DNA of 64,000 bases from Squalus acanthias (lineage: Eukaryota), in assembly GCA_030390025.1 (NCBI GenBank), contig CM059433.1, positions 19,780,001 through 19,844,000 on the forward strand, given 5' to 3'. Of this stretch, positions 50,629 to 63,385 are shown piece by piece; the stretch's first letter is position 1; every line of letters begins with the position of its first letter. The position numbers were made by a program, and so were the translations under genes. Below the pieces are notes generated by a model. The model made no database searches and had not been told where the DNA came from. It was given only the letters and a program-made list of their open reading frames with translations.

Positions 50629-52234
50629 ATAAGAACATAAGAACATAAGAAATAGGAGCAGGATTAGGCCACTTGGCCCCTCGAGCCTGCTCCGCCATTC
50701 AATAAGATCATGGCTGATCTTGGGCTCAAAGCCACTTCCCCGCCCGCTCCCCATAACCCTTCACTCCCTTATCTTGCAAAAATTTGTCTATCTCCACCTT
50801 AAATGTATTTAATGACCCAGCCTCCACAGCTCTCTGGGGCAGAGAATTCCATAGATTTACGACCCTCTGAGAGAAGAAATTCCTCCTCATCTCAGTTCTA
50901 AAAGGGCAAATCTTTATTCTAAAACTGTGCCCCCGCGTTCTAGATTTCCCCATGAGGGGAAACATCCTCTCTGCATTTATCTTGTCATGACCCTCAGTAT
51001 CTTATATGTTTCAATAAGATCACCTCTCATTCTTCTAAATTCCAATGTGTATAGGCCCAGCCTGCTCAACCTTTCCTCATAAGTCAACCCCCTCATTTCT
51101 GGAATTAACCTAGTGAATCGTCTCTGAACTGCCACCAATGCAAGTATATCCTTCCTTAAATAAGGAGACCAAAACTGTACGCAGTACTCAAGGTGTAGTC
51201 TCACCAGTACCCTGTACAGTTGTATCAGAACTTCCCTGCTTTTATACTCCAACCCCTTTGAAATAAAGGCCAACATTCCATTTACCTTTTTGATTACTTG
51301 CTGTACCTGCATGCTAACTCTTTGTGTTTCATGCACAAGGACCCCCAGGTCCCTCTGAACTGTAGCATTTTGTAATCTCTCTCCATTTAAATTATAATTT
51401 GCTTTTTTATTTTTCCTGCCAAAGTGTATAACCTCGCACTTTCCCACATTATATTCCATCTGCCAAATGTTTGCCCACTCACTTAGCCTGTCTATATCCC
51501 TTTGCAGGTTCTTTGAGTCCTCTGCACAACTTGCTTTCCCACCCATCTTTGTATCATCCACAAACTTGGCTACATTACACTCGGTCCCTTCATCCAAGTC
51601 ATTAATGAAGATTGTAAATAGTTGAGGCCCCAGCACCGATCCCTGTGGCACCCCACTAGTTACCGTTTGCCAACTGGAAAGTGACCCATTTATCTCGACT
51701 CTCTGCTTTCTGTTAGTTAGCCAATTCTCTATCCATGCTAATATATTACCCCCAATTCCGTGAGCTCTTATCTTATGCAGTAACCTTTTATGTGGCACCT
51801 TATCGAATGCCTTCTGGAAGTCCAAATACACCACATCCACTGGTTCACTTTTGTCCACCCTGCTCGTTACCTGCTCAAAGAACTCCAGCAAGTTTGTTAA
51901 ACATGATTTCCCTTTCATAAAACCATGCTGACTCTGCTTGACTGCATTATGATTTTCCAAAAGCCCTGCTGCTGCTTCCTTAATGAAGGACTCCAGCATT
52001 TTCCCAACGACAGATGTTCGGCTAACTGGTCTATAGTTTCCTGCTTTCTATCTCCCTCCTTTCTTAAATAGGGGTGTTACATTTGCGGTTTTCCAATCCG
52101 CTGGGACCTCTCCAGAGTCCAGGGAATTTTGGTATATTGCAACCAATGCATCCACTATCTCTGCAGCCACTTCTTTTAAGACCCTGGGATGCAGGCCATC
52201 TGGTCCAGGGGACTTGTCATCTTTTAGTCCCATT
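50629..52234 (-). mobile_element. CR1 LINE, 5'-truncated, 340-aa open RT segment
   Basis: ORFs 52048..52233, 50977..51999, 50726..50965 (-); FVDD at the catalytic motif. Confidence 0.95.
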
Positions 52235-52511
52235 ATTTAACCAAGCTTTTGGTCATCCATCCTAATATCTCCTTCTTTGGCTCGGCATCCATTTTTGTCT
52301 GATTATGCCTCTATGAAGTTCTTGGGAACGTTTTTCTATGTTAAAGGAGCTATATCAATGAATGTTAGTGTTACTGTTGTTGCTAGACTTAGCCCTACAG
52401 GTGATCAGTTCCTGGTTAGCTGCAAGTGTTCCATTCCAGCCTGAATTTGCTTTATTCTGGACTTAAACCTCTAAGATATCCATGCTGAAGTTTTGTACCC
52501 AATAAAGGGTT

Positions 52512-53238
52512 GACCCAACATTTGCGGTCGGAGGCTTCCCGCGGGCGGAGGCCTCCGACCTGTAAAATATCTGTGCATTTACCTGGTGGCCCAGGAGGTA
52601 CGGAGGCTCGCGATCCTGGGCCTCTCTGGCCCACGTATCCCAGGGGCACCTGCAGTTTGTAGGCGCCCTTGGGATCACGTGGGCCGGCCCAACCAATAAA
52701 AGAAGGGAATCCCCACTCATACTTATGGGAGTTCCGTACGTACGGAATCGCCATAAGTATGAATGGGGATCACTTAAAAAATATACCAACACATAAATAA
52801 ATGTTTAAAAACTTACATATTTAAAATTAATTAAAATGCCATTTAATTAAATATTTTAAACAAAAATTTAATTAAAAAAAAGATGCATATGTTTTAACGG
52901 GGCTAAAAATAAACTTACCTTATTGGACAGGGTTTTTAATATATGAATGAGTGATTTTATTTTTCTATTTTTTAAAACTCTTATGCTGGTACAAGCAGGC
53001 CTTACACCTGCTTTTACCAGGCGTAAGAATTTCACGGGCATTCAGCGGGCGGAAGTTGGGCAAATAGCGCAACTCTCCACCCGCGGAGGCCCACCTCCCG
53101 GGGATGCAGAGGATCTGTCAAGACCGCAAATTCCGGGTTTTAGCGCATGCGCTTCACATGCCTAAACCCGGAACTTTTCGGGCCCTACTTGCGCGTGCGC
53201 ACCTCATACGCACCCGTAGAGGTCGCAAAATACGGCCC
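52512..53238. mobile_element. Harbinger-type MITE related to 47050-47797
   Basis: Shared ggtcggaggcttcccgcgggcg start, AT-rich core and cctgcttttaccagg; right end gcaaaatacggccc. Confidence 0.75.
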
Positions 53239-53724
53239 AGTATTGATATATGTTCTGTTTAAAAGGCCGTTTTCATTTTATGGAGTTTACAATGGTTCCT
53301 GGAGCTGTTAGGAATAGCCGATATATCAGTTTGTTTGGAGAAATGTTGCAGTACAGAAAACAAATGAAATACAAAAATTACTTTTCTTCCTTTACTATTT
53401 CACAGTTAAATTTGACCTGTGTCAAAGGTCGTCGCAAGCTTGAAACAACTGTGGTCTGGCCAACACAATTATAACTCAGTTGGTTGTAATAGTATTTGCA
53501 GTCACCACCTTCCATCTTTGGAGTGTTGTGAATTCAGTTCTGGTTTGATAATACTGAGACCGTCCATCTGAATGTGTCTCTCGGAGAATGCATGTTTCTG
53601 ATTAACGAGCAACCTTTAAATTTCACACTGCTGGAGAAGTAATATGTGCCGCTGGTGTTCAGCCAACATGAGATCAGATTTCCTTTGGTTGCTGTGTGTA
53701 GTGATTATTGTAAATGAGCTTGTG

Positions 53725-54945
53725 AAGGAAAGAAAGAACTTGGATTTATAGAGTGCCTTTTACATCCTCAGGACATCCCAGAGTGCTTCACAGTCAATTA
53801 ATTACTTTTTGAGCGGTAGTCACTGTTGTTTCTGTAGGCAAACACAGCTGGCAATTTGAAAGGTCCCACACTCAAAATTGAGATGAAAGATGAGTTCATT
53901 TTTTTCAGATGGGTTATTGGTTGATGGATAAATGTTGGCTGGGACGCCAGGAGAATTCCCTGCCCTTCTTTGAATAGTGCCATGGGATCCTTTACATCCA
54001 TTTAAATAGGCAGCTGGGATCCCAGTTTAACACCTCATCCGAAGACGGTGGCCGGAATTTTTGCCGGCGCTCAGGGGGCGGGTTTGGAGGCGGGACATCC
54101 GGCAAAATCGCAAAGATTGACAGCGGGCAGGAAACCCGCTGCCAACCCGCCTCCAATCAATCTTCCCAAGTGTCGGGTCCCTGGCGGGAAGAGGATTATA
54201 GCCACTTAACTGCTTGTTAAAGGTTGTTAGAGGCAGTTAACAGGCTCTTTTGCAATTTTGACACTTCTACTTCGGACTTCCCGATGTCCGGACACCACGC
54301 CAGGTACGTGTGGCGTGTTGTGAGTCTGCTGTAATGTTTCTGCATTGATGACAGCTGCAGAAGTGGTGTGAAGGATCCAATGGTGCACTGGTGAGTTTCA
54401 GAGGTAAGAAAATGTTGGGAAATTCATTTTTAATGCATTTAGACTTTTCTGTAGTTAACTAGTTTTGAATTGTATGTCTAGTCCCATCTCATTGGGAGAA
54501 CCTCTCTCACCAGTGACAGATCGCTTCTGTAACCTCACCTGCAGCTGCCATCTGTTCTAGCCTAAGGAGGGAGTCACTGGAGAGCCTGGGTGCAAGAACT
54601 CACCTGTGAACAGTCATTGTCAGTGATTGCAGCACCTCAATGCTGTCAAACACTGAGAAATGAGCTGTCAAAGAAAAATTGTGTGTGGTCCCTTTAAGAA
54701 AACCGGCAGATGACGCGTCATCAAATGACGTCATCTGACCGGCTTCTTCTTAATTGGCCGGCAAGTCCACAGGGCGGGCTTAACAAGGCCAATTGACGTA
54801 AAAACACGTCCGTGGGCTGGATGAGGTTGGGGGCGGGACTGGAACCCGGAAACCAGCTGACCCGCTCCCAAGCCGCATCGATCGATAAAATCGTGGCCGG
54901 TGTCACTGACAATGTTGCATTCCCTGTCGACTTAAATTCAGGAGT
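53725..54945 (-). mobile_element. Degenerate DeuSINE split by a Harbinger element
   Basis: Antisense SINE sequence at 53725-54049, resuming at 54899. Confidence 0.65.
54050..54898. mobile_element. Non-autonomous Harbinger
   Basis: TIR ggccggaatttt / aaaatcgtggcc; TSD ggt/ggt; Myb exon-1 stub on - near 54560-54615. Confidence 0.8.
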
Positions 54946-54989
54946 GCCCATTTTTGGGTGCCCCCCCCACCCACGCGGTGTTAACACCC

Positions 54990-55635
54990 CGTGCACAGTT
55001 GGTGAGGTCCGAAGAGCCCAGAATATTGAGCCTCGGACCCCATCAACATGGAGCCGGCACTGCGGGAGGAGGTAAGTACTCCAGGTAAATACTTATGCTA
55101 TGCATCGTTGGTCATCGGGATCGGGAGCCTGAAGTCTGCAGCGGCGATCAGGGGTCAGATGCATCGGAGGCCTGAAGTCTGCAGTGGGGTCAGGGGATCG
55201 GGGGATAGGGGGAGGATCAGGGCCTCGGAGGAGCGATCGCCTGGTCGGGAGGGAGGATCAAGGGTCGGGGTGCCTGGAGGTCAGGGCCGGGAGCCGGGAG
55301 GAAGATCGGAGGTCAGGGCCAGGGCCTGGATGTCGGAGGTCGGGGATCTCGGGACTGGGAGGGGCGCGATTGTGGTAAGTACTTACCTTTCTTTACTTAC
55401 GAGATACTTAGAGTTGATTTTCTCTGAGGCAGCCAACGCTTATTTGCATATGCAAATGGGCTAACACCTGCTTCACACATGGGTAAAGGACGCCTCTTGT
55501 TTGTCCTTACCCAATATGGCGGGCGGCGCACTTCTGGTTTGAATTGTTAGCACCCCTCCTGCCTGCCATTTTGGGGCTGTAGAAGACCACGTAACACTTG
55601 AAAAAGGGGCACTACTCGGCCCAATTTAACCTCCT
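54990..55635. mobile_element. MITE-like GC-rich repeat
   Basis: Repeated ggatcgg/ggtcgg motifs, duplicated gcctgaagtctgcag, end cccaatttaacctc. Confidence 0.35.
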
Positions 55636-55759
55636 TAATTTTTAGCCTTACATTTTAGCCTAGATTATGTGCTTAAGCCCTGGAGCAGGGCTTGAACACA
55701 GAACCTCTGACTCAGAGGCAAGAGTGCTAATACTGAGCCAAGCTGACTCCAAATGACTT

Positions 55760-56755
55760 GTGTGTCAGCCGTGGCCCAGTTGGCAGCACCCCTGCCTCTG
55801 AGTCAGGAGGTTGTGGGTTCGTAATCCTGCTCCAGACACTTGAGCACAAAAATCTAGGCTGACACTCCAGTGCAGTGCTGAGGGAGTGCTGCACTGTCGG
55901 AGGTGCCATCTTTTTGGATGGGACGTTAAACTGAGGCCCTCTCTGCTCCCTCAGGTGGACGTAAAAGATCCCATGGCACTATTCTGAAGGAGAGCAAGGG
56001 AGTTATCCCCAGTGTCCTGGCCAATATTTAGTCCTGCTACAACTGTACAGGGTATTGGTGAGACCACACCTTGAGTACTGGGTACAATTTAGGTCTCCTT
56101 ATTTAAGGAAGGATATACTTGCATTGGAGGCTGTTCAGAGATGATTCACTAGGTTAATTCCAGAGATGAGGGGGTTGACTTATGAGGAAAGGTTGAGCAG
56201 GCTGGGCCTATACTCATTGGAATTTAGAAGAATGAGAGGTGATTTTATTGAAACGTATAAGATACTGAGGGGGCATGACAAGGTAGATGCAGAGAGGATG
56301 TTTCCCCTCGTGGGGAAATCTAGAACTCGGGGGCACAGTTTTAGAATAAAGGGTCGCCCTTTTAGAACTGAGATGAGGAGGAATTTCTTCTCAGAGGGTC
56401 CTAAGTCTGTGGAATTCTCTGCCCCAGAGAGCTGTGGAGGCTGGGTCATTAAAAACATTTAAGGTGGAGCGAGACAGATTTTTGCAAGATAAGGGAGTGA
56501 AGGGTTATGGGGAGCGGGCGGGGAAGTGGTTTTGAGCCCAAGATCAGCCATGATCTTATTGAATGGTGGAGCAGGCTCGAGGGGCCAAGTGGCCTATTTC
56601 TGCTCCTATTTCTTATGTTCTTATGCCTCAATCAACAACACTAAAACTGGTCATTACAACAGTGACTGCACTTCAAAAAGTACTTCATTGGCTGCAAAGC
56701 GCTTTGGGATGTCTGGTGGTCGTGAGAGGCGCTATATAAATGCAAGTCTTTTTTT
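55760..56755 (+). mobile_element. DeuSINE split by CR1; preceded by a head-to-head SINE 5' fragment (55655-55750, -)
   Basis: SINE 55760-56030 resumes at 56626 (cctcaatcaac). Confidence 0.85.
56031..56625 (+). mobile_element. CR1 3' fragment
   Basis: ORF 56166..56462; closely similar to the reverse complement of 50629-51230. Confidence 0.9.
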
Positions 56756-57279
56756 TAAAAGATCTACTCTATTTTTACTCTATTTTTTGCAAAATCATGA
56801 ACTGATTCTTAAAGACCTACAGTATTGGGAGAGGCCAGTATGAAATGAGGTTATTTACGGCTCTTTGCTTTGTCAATTTGTATCTATGTCATTTAACTTG
56901 TTATGCACATTGATGTATGATCTTATGCTTGGTTGTTGGCTGCACCTGAATTTACTAAATTATTAATCAAAAAAGTCAGGGAAGTTCAATTAGGAATCTC
57001 GTTAGTGCTGTTGTCATCGAGCTCATGGGGATTTGAATTATGCTGATTAATGTAGCCAGTGGGACGACACATTCCATCTGTGACTGAGTTAGCCCTTCAG
57101 CAGTTATTATCTTCCTGAGCTGGGAATGGCCAAGGTACACTGGAGCTATTTTTTGAAAAGTGCGATTTCTGAGAACGTAGTTTTGCTGGCAGCTAGAAAA
57201 AAGGAGAATCCAATCACAAAGTACCTGTACTATTGATCCTTTAATGTCTTTCAGAAACAGTTATTGAGCAAGTTTAAGA

Positions 57280-57747
57280 AAGTCTTGCATTTATATAACA
57301 CCTTTCAAGACCGCCGGATGTCTCAAAGCGCTTTACAGCCAATGAAGTACTTTTTTTTGGAGTGGAGTCACTGTTGTAATGTGGGAAACGCGGCAGCCAA
57401 TTTACGCACAGCAAGCTCCCACAAACAGCAACGTGAGAATGAGCAGATAATCTGTTTTTGTTCTGTTGGTTGAGGGATAAATATTGGCCCAGGACACCGG
57501 AGATAACTCCCCCTGCTCTTCTTCGAAATAGTGGCCATGGGATCTTTTACATCCACCTGAGAGTGCAGACGGGGCCTCGGTTTAACATCTCATCTGAAAG
57601 ACGGCACCTCCGACAGTGCCGCACTCCCTCAGCACTGCACTGGAGTGTCAGCCTAGCTTTATGTGCTCAAGTCCCTGGAGTGGGACTTGAACCCACAACC
57701 TTCTGACTCAGAGGCAAGTGTGCTACCCACTGAGCCACAGCTGACAC
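57280..57747 (-). mobile_element. DeuSINE (SacSINE1-like), full length
   Basis: Reverse complement of the 11325-11780 family. Confidence 0.9.
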
Positions 57748-57751
57748 TTTC

Positions 57752-58379
57752 ATTGGATTTTAACTCAGAGGCTTAAGTGCGGGGGCAGAGGCAGGAGGCA
57801 ATCCATCCAGCCCCCCGCAGTGTGAGGTTCGGGAGATTTTAACTCATTTATCTCATCCAACTCGGGCTCCCACCCAAAACCAGCGGGAATTGCTACTTGG
57901 TTGGCTGCTGGGTGGAAGTGGGATTTTGGGTGGCAGGAGGCCGCTGCTGAGGGAACGGTCCTCAACGTATGCTAAATGGTCAGGCGGGGGTGGGTTGGGT
58001 CTGTTTGGAGGCAGTCATGGTCGAGGGAGGGAAGGGGAAGCCCGAGGCAGAGGAGGCCCAAGAGGAGCACTCCTGTTCCTCACGGCCCGCAAGGAAACCA
58101 ATTAAAAAAAAAAAATACTTGTGTTGGCCTCTTCTGGCCCCACTCCTGCCTCTCACTGGCTTTCACTGCCACGATCGTCAGTTAAAATCGGGCCTCAATA
58201 TTTAAATATTAATAAGGCCCCCGTCTGCCTGCGGTGGGTGGCCCCAATACTGCCGAAACCCAGCAGTTAAAATGGCGGTGGGCGTGAACACTTGGGGAAA
58301 GCAGCGGGAAGTGCACAACCACCATTTTAACCACCAGCCCACCCATTTTCTGTCAAGCGGGCAGGGTTAAAATCAGGCC
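57752..58379. mobile_element. Harbinger-like MITE
   Basis: Ends ggattttaac / gttaaaatcaggcc. Confidence 0.55.
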
Positions 58380-59279
58380 TAAATGTAATAAAGTTTATTG
58401 TGGCCTGTACTCTTGTAGTTTGAAAATAACTCTAAATATCAGCTGTAAAGGTCCTCATGAACTCTAATGAACTGTCGTGAGGACACATTTTAGTGGCAGG
58501 TTGCGGCCCCATTATATGCAGAGAAGGAGGCGATCGAGCTCGTACTTCATTAAGATGGTGAACGCTGTGTCAGTAATTAGAAGGATCTGATTGGAAGTGA
58601 GAAAAACATAGCAGGAGATAAAGTAGAGCACAAAAGTGAGGTGTGGATAGTAATGTAAGGTAGCAGCGCAGGACAAATTGCAAATGATAGAAAGTTGTAT
58701 ATGTAAAAGAAATATATACCAAAAAATTTGTACTGATGCAGAGAAATATTATCAAGAACGTAGCAAATAAAGTGCTATAACTGAAAATGCTAGGGTCATT
58801 TTCATTGTACATGCCACAATGGGAGAGAGATTTTTTCTGCAAGAAATGATTTCCATGGGTCAAACCTTGTGGTTAAATGCAACAGTGGCAAATAAGTGGA
58901 GGGTGTAGAGTGGAATTGACATACAATTGTGGAGAATGCAGAGTGAAACAAGTCTTGGACCCCAAACAATAAATGATTGACCCCATTAAACAAGGCTATT
59001 GTAAAGCTGTTGAGGAAGAAGTTTAGAAGGTATGTGGTTTGTGGAGATTGGAGAACAGTGCAGAATTTCTATTATGTATCACATCATTTAGATAGTGCAT
59101 GATTTACACAATACAGTGCACAAACGTGTCTGCACATAGCAACAATGTCCAAGTGTATAAAAAAAGCGCGTGAAGACAAGACAGTAACGATTATTGACAA
59201 AGTTTTGTATAGAAGATTATTGGAAAAGAATAGATCATTTGCGATTACAGGATAGATATGCTTGATTGATGAATCTCAT

Positions 59280-59560
59280 AGGCAGAGGGTTGTCATTAAT
59301 GGGAGTGGGTCTGAATGAAGCCTGATCACAGGTGAGTTCCACAAGGCTCCTTGTTGTGACCAATACTGTTCATCATGTTCATTAATGATGTGGACGACGG
59401 CATCAATGGAACCATTTGTAAATTTGCAGATGACACAAAGAGGTGAACAGGAATAAGTGAGTTAGACCAAATTAATAGATTGTAAGTTGATTTAGATAAC
59501 TTGGTGGAATGGGCCCGTGTGTGGCAGTTGGTCTTCAACATGGATGAGTGCCTGATGGTC
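59280..59560 (+). mobile_element. Old CR1 RT fragment
   Basis: RQRVVING, VPQGSLL, FINDVDDG...KFADDTK. Confidence 0.75.
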
Positions 59561-60996
59561 TTTTCCTGTCCTTTTTTCATGTCGGTGTGCTGACTTTACA
59601 CGCAATGTACTATCTACTCTTTTAATAGAGCAAGGAGAACACAGTTATCTTCCAGTTGAAACCTAATAGCATCACTCACCAGAACACAATCCTCACCACT
59701 CACGCTTCAATCGATCACCAGGAACACATCCAAGTTCTTCAGGAGACGTAGATTGTAGTGCTCAGGAGGAATCAAAGTGTAAGGCATGGGTTCTGAAGGG
59801 AAAGCTATGGCACACGGCAGAAACCCAGCCTGCGGACTTGCCCTCACTGAGTTGTACGGGGATACAGACCATAAATCTGCTTTGAAATGAGGATTGGTAC
59901 AAAAGCAGCACCGTATTGACCTTCACAGAATATCTGAATAACACGGCACACATCATGAGAGCTACATCGCTCCCCAGTTTCTGCAGACCCCCTACCTTCC
60001 CGGTTCTTCCTCCTGAACAGATCTACGAAAACTTGCTCTTGAGAGGTCAGCTGTTTCATGTGTGTGGGCTTGCCATCTGTCTCTCTGCTGCTCCCTCTGA
60101 TTATACGCAAATTCAGCCAAAATAAAAAAAAACTATAAGAATTGAGGCAGGGCAATTTTGCCTATGGAAATTCCTCCATATTGTCTATTCTCTTTCCCAT
60201 CATGACATGTATCATATAATTTGCATAAACCTGCACTTTACAGTAAATCTACTAGATCCTTTATAACATTGATTTATACTATAGGATCTTTAATCACTAC
60301 TTTCTACCATGTCCATATATTACCTGTTCTGATACTTTACAATAATATTAATTCCTTACCTTTTGTGATCTTTGTTAAGCTGTGCAATTATTTCTGGACC
60401 TTCAGCCAGGTCCGCCGAGTGGTTGACGCCACATTGAGTCTTATTGTAAAGTACTGCCATCCCTGTTACCTCTCTTGCATATTAGGGGAACCTGACAAAA
60501 TGTGCTCATGTTTCACCACCAGCTTATTAAAATATCCAAGGCCTGGTTGATAAATTTTGCTCAGCCACTTTCCTCCAGAATGGAATGCTTCACAACTGGA
60601 TTCATGAAGTTTCGATCAATGATATATTGGTTAGGTAGCTCGTAAGCTGCTTGAGATGAGTTAAAAGATCATTATCAGAGGTACGTCCAGATTGGCTGCT
60701 ATTTTCGGTTCCTGCTGAGAGTATTCTATTCTCAGGAATCATACATTTCAAAACTGTGTATTCCTATAATTTTGTGAGGTCATAAGTTACGAATTGATCC
60801 CTGAGCATTACTCTCATTTTTGTTTCAACAGAGTAACATCGAGCCTCTCAAAAATGAGCAGTTCTGCAAAAGACACAATACTGTGTTATTAATAGGATAA
60901 AAACTGTCTTGAGATTTTCTCAAAGTTTACGTTGTTGAATTTCCACCATTAGGAGAAAATTGAACTCTCATTTATTGTATAAATTGGGAAGACTAA

Positions 60997-61673
60997 GGGG
61001 GAAAAATTGGGTTGGTTTGCACCTCTCGTTAGCACCCCCGGGGCACAAATCCACTCGCGTCCGGGCGCGGTGCCGCTAACGCCTCCCACGAAATTCAGTG
61101 GGAGGTTAGCAGCAGTGGTAGCCAGTAGCGTCGCCAGCAATGACGTCATCACCGTGCGCAGCACCCTGTTTGCGCCCCGGCCGCAAACTTCCCTTGCGCC
61201 CCCTGACCTATCGACTCACGACAAGATCAGGATCAGTTTGGCAGCGGCGGCGGCGCACGTTAAAGGGCAGGTGTGGGGTGGCCATTTTTATTTTGGCCGA
61301 CTGCCGGCACCTGCCCCCTTTCGCTTCTGTATGCGGGGTGCTGGCCGCGATCGCTCAGCCTGGCACTCCTCTTGAGTGCTGGGCTGTTTTCATGGCACCC
61401 CGCTCCCTGGTGGTCTGGCAGGGCCCCGGTGCGCGCAGCACTAGGCCCCTCCCCTTTAATCAGGGGAGGAGGCCTGCAATGACGCGGCGCGCGGCTGCAC
61501 GTAGCGCCACGAAATTCAGGAGTAGCGCCCCAAGCAGGAGGTGGAACACTTTCCAGTAGCGTCCCACCTCCTGATTGGGGCTCTACTACTGAATTTACGG
61601 TGCGGGGGTGCTAACTTTTTTGGGGCGCTGCGACGTTAGCACCCCACACTGGGTGCCACCCAATTTTTCCCCC
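60997..61673. mobile_element. GC-rich Harbinger-type MITE
   Basis: Perfect 16-bp TIR gggggaaaaattgggt / acccaatttttccccc; canonical TAA TSD. Confidence 0.9.
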
Positions 61674-62774
61674 TAAATGTGATGTGCAATGAGTTGATCT
61701 CAGATAATGTTCTATATGCAGGTTTTCAGGGAACAATGTCACAAAGGGATAAATTATTCGGGCAAGAACATTTGCATAAATTAAACTATTCAACAATATT
61801 TGTGTTCATTTTAAAAAAACGTAATATTCCACAATGACACATTTTCAGACTGTGGATAGACTGAGTTCCCAGCTTGCTCCGTGCATCCCAATAATTCAGT
61901 TTTCAAACACGTCCCAGAAAGCAGGGAAGTTCTGCAGCAAGAAAATGCTCAGTAGTTTATTTGTTGCCACGGGTGTTCTTAGTTCTTTTCTGCAATGTAA
62001 AACTGGGCAGATTCCAGAGCACTGGGAGCTGGGACTTATTGAAGCCCTTTTCTTTTGAGCAATTCTGTGACGTATATCTCTCGCTTCTCTACTGCTTGTA
62101 GCAAGCTTACTCAACACCAGGAAGGCTTGTGCAATATTTGCAATTGTATATAAAATGACATCAGCTTAGTCTCAGCGGTGGTATGAAGGTCTGGGAATGT
62201 TTTGGCTCCAGGGATAGGAAGTGGCAGAATGGCAGTGTTTATCAGATTAGTAATTACACAGAAACAAGGAGAACGAGAGATCCTATACGGAGAGTTCTAG
62301 GCAAGCGATGATGTGGGGAGGGCGTGGATTGTTCAAATTTGTAATTGTTAGCAGCACAGCGGGTCAACGGCAATTCGGCTGATTTACAGTCGGTGGTATG
62401 AGGTTGCTCGAGATCAGAATGAAAACATGAAAGGAAGCAGGATATGGTACGGCACAGAGCACTGGCGCACCAACACGCAGCTCAATTAAGTGGTGAGAAA
62501 AATGAGAGGAAGTGCTATCACTCGGCCTCTAAGCAGGCCAGTTCAGAATGGCATTGGCCGAAGTTTGAGAGCCGTTTGCCCACCTGTGCTCCTGGCCACG
62601 GTTTATGCATTGTCAGGGAAGGAAAGGCAGATGATAATTTCCAAACAAAGTGAGAATCGTACCATACAAAAAAAAACTTCAAATGTGTTCTCTTGAGTTT
62701 TGGTTTAAGCAATGGGAAATAATTGAAGGAAATAAGAAGAACAAGGAAGAGGAAAAGGTAAAAGAAAACAAAAT

Positions 62775-63385
62775 GAACATAAGAACGTAAGACGTAGGAG
62801 CAGGAGTAGATCATTTGGCCCCTCGAGCCTGTTCCACCATTCAATAAGATCATGGCTGATCTGATCTTGGCCTCAACTCCACTTCCCTGCCCGCTCCCCA
62901 TAACCCTTGACTCCCTTACCATTCAAAAATCTGTCTATCTCCACCTTAAATATATTCAATGACCCAGCCTCCACAGCTCTCTGGGGAAGAGAATTCCAAA
63001 GATTCACGACCCTCTGAGAGAAGGAATTCCTCCTCATTTCCGATTTAAAAGGATGTCCCCTTATTCTGAAATTATGCCCCCTAGTTCTAGATTCCCCCAC
63101 GAGGGGAAACATCCTCTCTGCATCTACCCTGTCAAGCCCCTTCAGAATCTTATGTGTTTCAATAAGATCCCCTCTCATTCTTCTAAACGCCAATGAGTAT
63201 CGGCCCAACCTGCTCAACCTTTCTTCATAAGACAACCCCTTCATCTCCGGAATCAACCTCGTGAACTTTCTCTGAACTGCCTCCAATGCAAGTATATCCT
63301 TCCTTAAATAAGGAGACCAAAACTGTACGCAGTACTGCAGGTGTGGTCTCACCAACGCCCTGTACAGTTGTAACAGGACTTCATG
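62775..63385 (-). mobile_element. CR1 3' fragment, ORF open throughout
   Basis: ORF 62873..63463(-) from EVLLQLYRALVRPHL to the stop. Confidence 0.95.

Larger units (their letters stand above)
48770..52380 (+). mobile_element. L2 LINE 3' fragment split by two CR1 insertions (parts 48770-49140, 50521-50628, 52235-52380)
   Basis: DAETLIHAFVTFRLGYSNALLAGLP; WNSLP; L2-type 3' end at 52320-52380. Confidence 0.8.

Noticed and set aside
59629..60125. Coding-like stretch after a possible acceptor, with YGDTD (polymerase B-like) and IYENL/DYTQI motifs
   Set aside because: Stops in all three frames and the motifs fall in different frames; I cannot assign it. TBLASTX against TE libraries would be needed
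60815..60895. Possible terminal exon after tttttgtttcaacag (VTSSLSKMSSSAKDTILCY*), phase-compatible with the 20721 donor
   Set aside because: Only a splice-site match with no recognisable homology; too weak without RNA evidence
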